A DNA stretch of 64,000 bases from IMG/VR virus record IMGVR_UViG_3300048598_000530, positions 28,439-92,438 of that record. One strand, written 5' to 3'. Source of the stretch: a virus. Positions 56,718 through 64,000 of this stretch are shown here, one piece after another; position 1 is the first letter of the stretch, and each line of letters starts with the position of its first letter. The notes below the pieces were generated by a model, which did no database searches, was not told the DNA's origin, and saw nothing but the letters and a program-made list of their open reading frames with translations. The position numbers and the translations under genes were made by a program.

Positions 56718-56743
56718 GGGGCTCAGTTAAAGAGCCCCTTTTT
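56718..56743 (+). terminator. Intrinsic terminator ending the ncRNA array
   Basis: GGGGCTC-AGTTAAA-GAGCCCC-TTTTT. Confidence 0.9.
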
Positions 56744-56818
56744 GTTTAAATTTTATTTTGTATCTTGTAATTAAAAAACTATAGAAATAAAACATAATTC
56801 TAATGAAAGGAATGAACT

Positions 56819-57073
56819 ATGTCAATTATCCATGTAGCATACGGTGGAAGAAATGAAGATCTTGAGTTTGACGATGTATTTCGTGAAGACAGACTTCATT
56901 CTCTGGGTATGACGACAAAACCTTTGTCACAATCAACAAATCCCGAAACAGTGAAGCGTGCACTTGCAATTCACTATGATGTAAGTTATGACGAGTTTGA
57001 CTCGCATTTTGTTGAAGTCAATCCAAACGGGAACATTACAGTACGTCCCAATGCAAAATGGGGAAGAGGCTAA
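56819..57073 (+). CDS. Putative ubiquitin-like (beta-grasp) modifier
   Basis: 84 aa ending ...NGNITVRPNAKWGRG*; first gene of an operon with E1, JAB and E2-like genes. Fold is inferred. Confidence 0.55.
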   Translation: MSIIHVAYGGRNEDLEFDDVFREDRLHSLGMTTKPLSQSTNPETVKRALAIHYDVSYDEFDSHFVEVNPNGNITVRPNAKWGRG

Positions 57074-57074
57074 A

Positions 57075-58625
57075 ATGGCAACAACACAAAAAACAGAAGA
57101 AGATGTACGTGTTAAAATCTTGAATTCGTTTATGACATGTCCTCATAGAGACACAAACGAATTAAAGGTTATACATGCTGAAATGAGAGAAAAAGATCCT
57201 GTTTTTTACGCACATCTTGCTGCATGGTATAAAAAGAATGGTGAACTTCGTGATCATAACGAAGTTTTTACTGCAATGCTTTTAACAGATCCTTATTTAC
57301 AGAACCGTGAAACAGGTATTGCTCTTTTTCAACAGCAAGCTCCCTTTATGAAAGCAAAAATTATTGGTTTCATAAAAGGTAAAAAAATTATTCTAAGAGA
57401 GAAAACAGGTAAGAAAACTCAACGAGGAAAGAAACTCGTCGATGACATTAAAAACACTGAGAAAAAAGTAGGTCTTGAAAAATCAATTCCAGGTCTTTTG
57501 AAAACAGAGATCACAAAATATCTCAGATGGCTTGAAGCTGATAATGAACGTTTTGATACTGTCGCCTTGAAAAATTTTAAAGAGTTAAAATCTCTTTATG
57601 CAGGAAAGGGCACACAAGTAAAACCAAGTCCAAGAGCGCAAGCTATTCTTTTTGATGAAAAAATTCCTGAAGATAGTAAGCTTTCTGTTTTCAAAAAAAT
57701 AACTAATGCAAAGACTCCTGAAGAGGCTGCACTTCTTATTGTTGAAAATAAAATACCTTACACTATCGCGATAGGTTTAATTGAAAAAATTACGCCTTCA
57801 ATTCTTATTGCTTTAGTTAATAGTATGTCATCACAGGAAATTATTAACAACATTGCATCTTTACAAGAAAAAGGAGCAATGGACAATCCTGGTCTGAAGA
57901 AACTCATCACAGATAAACTTGAGACAGCAAAAACTGCAAAAAATGTTACAGCTCTAAAATCAAAAAGAGCAAAAGCAACAGGAAGAGTTACTGATGAAGC
58001 TGTTGTAAAACAACTCGACGAAATTGCTGACAAACAAATTAAAAAATCAGGAACAATTAAAAGTTCTACAGCAATTCTTGTCGATAAATCAGGTTCTTTA
58101 GCTGTCGCAATTGAAGCAGGAAAACAAATTGCAGCTGCAATTTCAGGTACAATGGAAGCTGATCTTCATGTTATTGCTTATGATACTATTGCTAGATCTA
58201 TTAAAGCAAAAGATAATACTCTTACAGCATGGGAAGAAGCATTTAAACCAATTAAGTCTGATGGAGGAACATCAGCAGGTTGTGCCCTTGAATTTATGTT
58301 GAGATATAAATTGTTTGCTGAACAACTTATTATTGTCACTGATGAAGAAGACAGACATACTCCAAAGTTCTACGACATTTTTCCGAAATATGTTGAAGAA
58401 ATGAAAGTTACTCCACATATTGTTATCGTCAGAGTTGGTAATGTTAATCCTATTTTAAGTACTGAACTTAAAGCAAAAGGAATTGCTTTCGATATTCATG
58501 AGCCTAAAGGAAGTGATTACTATGGAATTCCAGGACTTATTCCTTTGATTTCAAGAAAATCAAAACTTGACTTGGTTTATGAAATTATGGACTTTCCATT
58601 ACCAAAAAGAAAGTCATATGTCTGA
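57075..58625 (+). CDS. TROVE/Ro60-like protein with a C-terminal vWA domain
   Basis: DPVFYAHLAAWY...LRD and MSSQEIINNIASL resemble TROVE helical motifs; MIDAS-like ILVDKSGS...T...VTDEE; probable start MATTQK at 57075. Confidence 0.7.
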   Translation: MATTQKTEEDVRVKILNSFMTCPHRDTNELKVIHAEMREKDPVFYAHLAAWYKKNGELRDHNEVFTAMLLTDPYLQNRETGIALFQQQAPFMKAKIIGFIKGKKIILREKTGKKTQRGKKLVDDIKNTEKKVGLEKSIPGLLKTEITKYLRWLEADNERFDTVALKNFKELKSLYAGKGTQVKPSPRAQAILFDEKIPEDSKLSVFKKITNAKTPEEAALLIVENKIPYTIAIGLIEKITPSILIALVNSMSSQEIINNIASLQEKGAMDNPGLKKLITDKLETAKTAKNVTALKSKRAKATGRVTDEAVVKQLDEIADKQIKKSGTIKSSTAILVDKSGSLAVAIEAGKQIAAAISGTMEADLHVIAYDTIARSIKAKDNTLTAWEEAFKPIKSDGGTSAGCALEFMLRYKLFAEQLIIVTDEEDRHTPKFYDIFPKYVEEMKVTPHIVIVRVGNVNPILSTELKAKGIAFDIHEPKGSDYYGIPGLIPLISRKSKLDLVYEIMDFPLPKRKSYV

Positions 58626-59463
58626 TGTTTTAAATCTAATCAAACAAATGGGAGAGAAAGAAGCAGCAATGAGCAATTTTATCTCTCCCGTTTTTTTCAA
58701 TGAATTTGTTACTACAAAACTTGATGGTGTAGTTTACAAATTCAAAATTTCACAAAAAACTCCTGGTTGGTATAAAGTAAAGCCAATCAACACAAAACAA
58801 GCAAAAACTGTTTGTAATGCTGAACTTCACGAAATTGATGATTACTTAAAAAGACTTGCAAAAATTCGTTTGATTTTTGTAATGAGAAAAGATAATGTTT
58901 TTTTAGCTATACCTGAAAAAAACAATAATCTAAATCTTCCTATAGATCAATTAATCTCTGTTTTTTTATTTGATGATACTGTTCTTGATTTTGACAAAGT
59001 TATTTGTCGTTTTGATGGTGCAAATTTTTGGTATCATCAAAACGATCCTTCAAGCGATCCTTCAAAATCTATGTATTTGAGAGAGCAATTACATAAAGTA
59101 ACTGACCCTAAAAAAATTACTTTTCTGGGTTTAACAACAGAAGAAAAAATTGCTTATACTTTAAGAGTAACTATAGACAAAAGTCTTATTATTGATAGAA
59201 AAAAAGAATCATTAAAAAATGATGTTGAACATGCAGGTGGTAAATTCATAGATTTTATAGAAAAAAATGATCATTTTAGCGTGACATATACTGTAGATGG
59301 TGATTCATACACAAGCAATGTAAGTAAAAACGAAACACACAGCGTAATAACAGCAGGAATTTGTTTGTCTGGTGAAGATAGAAAATACGATTTAAAAAGT
59401 TTGATTACCGTAATGAGAGAGGGTCAACGTGAGCGGAGAATTTATAGAACACATAACGTTTAA
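58618..59463 (+). CDS. Putative prokaryotic E2-like conjugating protein
   Basis: C-terminal alpha/beta domain with AGICLSGED, resembling the UBC catalytic GxICL; operon position between TROVE and JAB. Confidence 0.45.
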   Translation: MSDVLNLIKQMGEKEAAMSNFISPVFFNEFVTTKLDGVVYKFKISQKTPGWYKVKPINTKQAKTVCNAELHEIDDYLKRLAKIRLIFVMRKDNVFLAIPEKNNNLNLPIDQLISVFLFDDTVLDFDKVICRFDGANFWYHQNDPSSDPSKSMYLREQLHKVTDPKKITFLGLTTEEKIAYTLRVTIDKSLIIDRKKESLKNDVEHAGGKFIDFIEKNDHFSVTYTVDGDSYTSNVSKNETHSVITAGICLSGEDRKYDLKSLITVMREGQRERRIYRTHNV

Positions 59464-59845
59464 AGAACGTTGTTGGATTGTTTATGGTTTTTGGATTGGT
59501 CCTTTTGTCATAGGTAGATTGAAATATCTTTCTGAAGGAGAAACTTGTTCAGTAAATTTTGATTGGCAAAAAGGTCTTTCAAAATATGTTCTTGGCTGGT
59601 TTCATACACATCCAGAAAGTGTTTCTCTTAGTCCAAGCAACGAAGATATAAAAACTATGAAATCTTGGGTTAGAACTTTAGAACGACCTTTGATTTGTGG
59701 CATCATGTATGACAATAAAAAACTGAAGAGAGACTTTCTTTGGAGAAATTGTTATTTGTTTAAACGTTGGCCCGATAAAAAAATTTACTATCAACCAATT
59801 ATGAAAGATAAGCTTTTTAAAAACTTCTACATCGGAAAATTATGA
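59429..59845 (+). CDS. JAB/MPN metallopeptidase (deconjugase)
   Basis: E...GWFHTHP...SPSNED (HxH-x7-S-x2-D). Confidence 0.85.
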   Translation: MSGEFIEHITFKERCWIVYGFWIGPFVIGRLKYLSEGETCSVNFDWQKGLSKYVLGWFHTHPESVSLSPSNEDIKTMKSWVRTLERPLICGIMYDNKKLKRDFLWRNCYLFKRWPDKKIYYQPIMKDKLFKNFYIGKL

Positions 59846-60477
59846 AAACTTTAAAGCATGAAGAACTTTATAGATCAGCTGATCTAATGACAAAAATGGC
59901 AAATCTTGACATTGTTATGTGTGGAATTGGAGCAATTGGCTCAAATCTTGTCGAGAATCTTGTACGTCAAGGTTTTAAAAAAATCACTGCAATTGATTTT
60001 GATAGAATTGAAGAACATAACAGACATACACAAATCTGGTATGCTCGAGATGTTGGTCAGTTAAAAGCAACAATGCTTAAAAACAGAATATTCGACATAA
60101 TGAATATTCCTATTGAAGTTGTGCCCAAAAAATTAGAAGAAGCAAATTCAAAAAAAATACTCAACACTCAGGGAGTTGTAATTGATGGATTTGACAATGT
60201 TGCAAGTAGAAAATTTGTTACTGAGTATTGCTCTATATACAAAACAAACTGCTTACATATTGGATTATTTAAAGATTATGCTGAAATAATATGGAATGAA
60301 AGATACAGAGTTCCTGACGATACTAAAAATATAGATGTTTGTGAATATCCTTTAGCGAGAAATATCATTTTATTGGCTGTTGCTGTAGCGACAGAGATAT
60401 TAATAACATATTTAGAAAAAAAAGAAAAACAGAACTGCATTATAACATTAAAAGATCTGAAAATCACGAGGATATAA
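59842..60477 (+). CDS. ThiF/E1-like adenylating enzyme
   Basis: CGIGAIGS, IDFDRIEEHN, KA, VIDGFDN, distal Cys (DVCEYP). Confidence 0.9.
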   Translation: MKTLKHEELYRSADLMTKMANLDIVMCGIGAIGSNLVENLVRQGFKKITAIDFDRIEEHNRHTQIWYARDVGQLKATMLKNRIFDIMNIPIEVVPKKLEEANSKKILNTQGVVIDGFDNVASRKFVTEYCSIYKTNCLHIGLFKDYAEIIWNERYRVPDDTKNIDVCEYPLARNIILLAVAVATEILITYLEKKEKQNCIITLKDLKITRI

Positions 60478-60968
60478 TGGAAGAACTTTGGTTTACAATG
60501 CTTATCGGTATCCCAGGTTGTGGCAAAAGCACATATATAAGTCTTCAACCAAAATCAAAATTTGGTAGCATCATTTGTCCTGACTCAATAAGACGATCTC
60601 TCACAGGAGATATTTCAGATCAAAGCCAAAATCAACTTGTTTGGCAGATTGCTCAATATACCACGAAATGGGCGCTTATAAATTTGTTGTCTGTTACTGT
60701 AGATGCAGTCAATACTGATACATATTTAAGAAGAGATTTTTTACAAAAACTGAAAAATTCAGGCGTTTATGGAGGATTTAAAAAGCGTGCAATTGTTTTC
60801 GAAATAGATCCAGATGAAGCAATTAAGCGTGTTGAAAAAAGGTTTAACAGACCTCCTGTACCACCTGAAAGAATCTACAAAATGTACGGAGAGTTTTTAT
60901 ATACAAAAAAAGTCTTACATGAAGAAGAATGGGATTCTATCCAGTTTATAGGAGAAAAAAATGGCTGA
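60477..60968 (+). CDS. AAA_33 / polynucleotide-kinase-like P-loop kinase
   Basis: GIPGCGKST, ICPDSIR, VDAVN, RxxxR lid (AIKRVEKRFNRPPVP). Confidence 0.8.
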   Translation: MEELWFTMLIGIPGCGKSTYISLQPKSKFGSIICPDSIRRSLTGDISDQSQNQLVWQIAQYTTKWALINLLSVTVDAVNTDTYLRRDFLQKLKNSGVYGGFKKRAIVFEIDPDEAIKRVEKRFNRPPVPPERIYKMYGEFLYTKKVLHEEEWDSIQFIGEKNG

Positions 60969-62373
60969 AAAACTCTTAAAATCAAGAAAAGTAGCATCAC
61001 ATCAAAACGACGGTTTTGTAAAAACTTTAAAACATAAAGTTTTGTTTTGTGGAAATCCTGAAGGCAATAATAACAAGTTCTACTCAATAGAGCTTCAAGT
61101 AAATCCCAAAGACGAACATCGTCTTTTTACTCATTATGGCCGTCTCGGAAAAACAGATGTTTATGAAGTTCGTGATGAATATCTTGGGAAGACTCTTGAT
61201 TTTACTACAGCCGATCGTGAATTCGAAGTTATCCTTGCAAGTAAACTCAAAGGAAAGAAAAAAGAAAGTGAACTTGGAGGAACACGCGAAGAAAAATACG
61301 AACTTGTCGAAACATTCGCTCCGACTGTTGGTTCTGTAAACGTCAGAGGAAAAAACGCTATTATCCAAGTCACAACTATTGCAAAAGACGTAGTTAGTTC
61401 ATATTCTGACCCTGAAGTTTCGAGAATCATACGTCAAATCGTCGATGAAAATATACATAATATCTCTTCAATGACTTCTTTGAAACTCACTTCAAACGGA
61501 TTTGAAACACCACTTGGTCCTGTAACTAAAGAGCATGTGCAACGAGCTAGAGAACCTTTAATGGCTCTTAAAAAAATAATGATCAATGACGAAATCAACC
61601 CTGATACACAAATAACACGTGATTATAACGCAAAATATTTCTCTTTGATACCTCATTCTTTCGGTCACAAAATAACTCAAGAAGATTGGATTTTAACTGC
61701 TGCAAAACTTGCTGAAGAACTTGAACTTCTTGACAACCTTGAATCTGCAGTCCAAATGGGTGCTGCTCTACAGAATGCATCAAAACAAAAACAAGCAATT
61801 GGTACAGACATTGAAGTTCTTACTGATTCGGTAGAGTTCAATAGAATTGCAAAATATATTACAGACTCAAAAGCAGGTAACCATAGAGGTTCTGATGTTT
61901 GGAATTGGAAACCCAAAAACATCTATAAAATCAAAATTCCTACAGAACGTACTCGTTATGAAAAAACCGAAAAACAATTTGGCAACAAACATGAACTTTT
62001 TCATGGCTCAAAAAACAGTAACATTTTAAGTATCCTTAAAGGTGGTCTGATTATTCCCGCAGTAAATGCTGGTTTTGTAACAGGTAGAATGTTTGGTGAT
62101 GGCCTTTATTTTGCAAATAACTCAACAAAATCACTGAATTACTCTACAGGATTTTGGGGAGGCAAAGCAAACAAATACACAAATTCTTTTTTGTTTTTAG
62201 CAAATGTTAACATGGGAAAAACATTTGTTTCTCATGATCCAAGATATTCAGGTGCTCCTCATGGCTATGACTCTATTCATGCTCAAAAAGGAAGATCACT
62301 CCATAACGATGAATTTATTGTTTTCAAACTACAACAAGCGACTTTAACATATTTGGTCGAAATGTCAAAATAA
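60961..62373 (+). CDS. WGR-domain poly(ADP-ribose) polymerase-like protein
   Basis: FYSIEL...HYGRLG (WGR), YFSLIPH (regulatory domain), FHGS / GLYFA / NDEF catalytic H-Y-E triad. Confidence 0.9.
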   Translation: MAEKLLKSRKVASHQNDGFVKTLKHKVLFCGNPEGNNNKFYSIELQVNPKDEHRLFTHYGRLGKTDVYEVRDEYLGKTLDFTTADREFEVILASKLKGKKKESELGGTREEKYELVETFAPTVGSVNVRGKNAIIQVTTIAKDVVSSYSDPEVSRIIRQIVDENIHNISSMTSLKLTSNGFETPLGPVTKEHVQRAREPLMALKKIMINDEINPDTQITRDYNAKYFSLIPHSFGHKITQEDWILTAAKLAEELELLDNLESAVQMGAALQNASKQKQAIGTDIEVLTDSVEFNRIAKYITDSKAGNHRGSDVWNWKPKNIYKIKIPTERTRYEKTEKQFGNKHELFHGSKNSNILSILKGGLIIPAVNAGFVTGRMFGDGLYFANNSTKSLNYSTGFWGGKANKYTNSFLFLANVNMGKTFVSHDPRYSGAPHGYDSIHAQKGRSLHNDEFIVFKLQQATLTYLVEMSK

Positions 62374-62383
62374 AGGAGTTTTT

Positions 62384-62974
62384 ATGTCATCAACAATTAT
62401 TCAAGCTCAGTTTGAAAAGTTTGTTGCAGCTGATGCTATGTTTACGTCAGTTGACATCGGGAATGCTATCAAAGAAAACGGTACATGGATCAAAAACAGC
62501 GATGTTTCAATCTGGCTCCGAAATAATGCACTTACAATTGCTTCCAATTATTGTTCAACATTAATAAGCGTCTTGAATAATACGCAGAAAACTTTCCTTT
62601 ATCATCCTGCTGGCACAAATCCCGATGATTATCAAACCAGAGATCAAGCTGCACTTCCGCCAAATCCGAATATGAAATCTGTGACAGTGTCGACATGTCC
62701 TGCATCGTGTCCTGCAAGTACAACAGTCAAAACAAAACTCAGGTCTGATAGTAGAGCAAGACTTCGAATTCCTGCAATACTTGTTCGTCAACTTGGATTA
62801 AATCCTGGCGATATCGTTGATTTCTCAAAAATCCTTTTTCACAAACAACCTGATAATGACCTTATTGTTTACAAAGATGGCAGAATATCGTTCTCCCGCA
62901 ATTGTCTCAGTTTTGGTGATGGTCCTGTTCTTGCTTTCATCGAAAATGGTTGTTTGAACTTTGAAAAACCATGA
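62384..62974 (+). CDS. Hypothetical protein with a C-terminal AbrB/SpoVT-like domain
   Basis: DSRARLRIPAILVRQLGLNPGD. Confidence 0.55.
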   Translation: MSSTIIQAQFEKFVAADAMFTSVDIGNAIKENGTWIKNSDVSIWLRNNALTIASNYCSTLISVLNNTQKTFLYHPAGTNPDDYQTRDQAALPPNPNMKSVTVSTCPASCPASTTVKTKLRSDSRARLRIPAILVRQLGLNPGDIVDFSKILFHKQPDNDLIVYKDGRISFSRNCLSFGDGPVLAFIENGCLNFEKP

Positions 62975-63675
62975 AACAATTTGAATTCTTATATAACAAC
63001 CAGACTGTCAAAATATGGTTGTATGAAGACGATGATTCAATAAGTGTTTCTGTTCAAAAAAACAAAACGTTTTATGAATCAGAAATACTTGAATTCCTTT
63101 TAAAAAACTTTCCCATACATGAAGTTATTTTTGACGTAGGTGCAAATATTGGGAATCATACTTTGTTTTTTTCAAAGTACTTATCATACAACCATATACA
63201 TAGTTTCGAACCTCATCATTTAAATTTTCAAATTCTTCAAAAAAACACTGAAGACTTAAAGAATTGTTCAATATATCCTCTTGCTTTAAGTGACTACATA
63301 GGTTCATGTTCGTTGACTACAGAAACATATACAAAAGTTCAACTTAGACGAAACTTACCTCCTATGTTTTTTAAAAATATGGGTATGTTTGGTATAAAAT
63401 CGAAAACAGGCGATATACCTGTAAAAACAATAGATTCATTAAGAACTGAAACTCAAAAAATCACTTTGTTAAAAATAGATGTCGAAGAACATGAAATAGA
63501 AGTGCTTTCTGGTGCTTATAAAACTATAACACAAGATAAACCTGTACTTATTATAGAAGCACATGAAAGTAAAAGAGAACAATACAACAAGTTTCTTTTA
63601 GAAAAATTCAATTATAAATGTATGAAATTTTGGTATATACAAGATACAGGAATTTATGTCTATGCAAAAAATTAG
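62971..63675 (+). CDS. FkbM-family SAM methyltransferase
   Basis: IFDVGANIG, SFEP, LLKIDVEEHE. Confidence 0.9.
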   Translation: MKQFEFLYNNQTVKIWLYEDDDSISVSVQKNKTFYESEILEFLLKNFPIHEVIFDVGANIGNHTLFFSKYLSYNHIHSFEPHHLNFQILQKNTEDLKNCSIYPLALSDYIGSCSLTTETYTKVQLRRNLPPMFFKNMGMFGIKSKTGDIPVKTIDSLRTETQKITLLKIDVEEHEIEVLSGAYKTITQDKPVLIIEAHESKREQYNKFLLEKFNYKCMKFWYIQDTGIYVYAKN

Positions 63676-64000
63676 TGTTTTAGAAAATCAAGATGTTTCA
63701 TATCTTGACAATATTTTGTTTGAAAACAACCTTCTAAAAGTCGTTTCATCAGAATGTTTATCAAAAATACCACAAATACACCTTACTTTGTTTGGTCATA
63801 AAAAAGGTATTTATTGTTTTCCTACTCTTGAACTTGCTGACTGGCTTACGCAAAACTTTGATATAAACAACATGATCGAGATAGGTTCAGGAAATGGTGC
63901 ACTTGCAAGACATTTAAAAATACCAGCAACAGACTCAAAACTTATGCAAGATAGTGCTATCAGCGCTTTGTATACTTTAATGGGTCAACCTATTACAAAA
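63662..64000 (+). CDS. SAM-dependent methyltransferase-like protein (partial)
   Basis: Hand translation MQKISVLE...MIEIGSGNGALAR...; open at the right edge. Confidence 0.6.
   Translation, partial: MQKISVLENQDVSYLDNILFENNLLKVVSSECLSKIPQIHLTLFGHKKGIYCFPTLELADWLTQNFDINNMIEIGSGNGALARHLKIPATDSKLMQDSAISALYTLMGQPITK

Noticed and set aside
56988-57074. ORF-track start of the TROVE gene at 56988
   Set aside because: It would overlap the Ubl-like gene by 86 nt; the ATG at 57075, right after that gene's stop, is more plausible.
48465-62373. Eukaryotic or giant-virus origin suggested by RRM, PARP, Ro60 and ubiquitin-like genes
   Set aside because: Shine-Dalgarno sites, overlapping operons, sigma70 promoters, intrinsic terminators, portal/terminase/HK97 capsid and a peptidoglycan endolysin all indicate a bacteriophage.
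2726-62791. Numerous short opposite-strand or nested ORFs in the track (e.g. 4172..4513, 13900..14148, 19943..20266, 61084..61368)
   Set aside because: They are shadow frames of well-supported genes, with biased composition and no RBS.

Overview
A 64-kb AT-rich segment of a large (probably jumbo) tailed bacteriophage genome, read with the standard bacterial code. From 1 to ~53.7 kb nearly all genes are on the minus strand. These include virion fibre/structural genes, a head module (major capsid, decoration proteins, scaffold, prohead protease, portal, large terminase) and a sigma factor. They also include lysis genes, an intein-containing class II ribonucleotide reductase, a Ski2/Hel308-like helicase, host-like regulators (SpoVG, RRM protein), a MazG-NadD fusion, and a 12-gene tRNA operon interleaved with DUF559-type endonucleases. 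Two systems stand out. (1) The tRNA operon is headed by a leaderless 25-codon leader peptide plus overlapping antiterminator/terminator hairpins. Codons 3-25 of the leader use only the 8 amino acids of the downstream tRNAs and cover all 11 of their anticodons. This suggests a ribosome-sensing attenuator that switches on phage tRNAs when host tRNAs fail. Two of those tRNAs (Ile) have a rearranged, non-cloverleaf topology. (2) From 56 kb on the plus strand there is an array of four Y-RNA-like RNAs, each a shared covarying scaffold around a different tRNA-like cargo. It lies directly upstream of an operon encoding Ubl-like, TROVE/Ro60-vWA, E2-like, JAB, E1 (ThiF), polynucleotide-kinase-like and WGR-PARP proteins. 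All product calls come from motif recognition by eye; no database searches were run.
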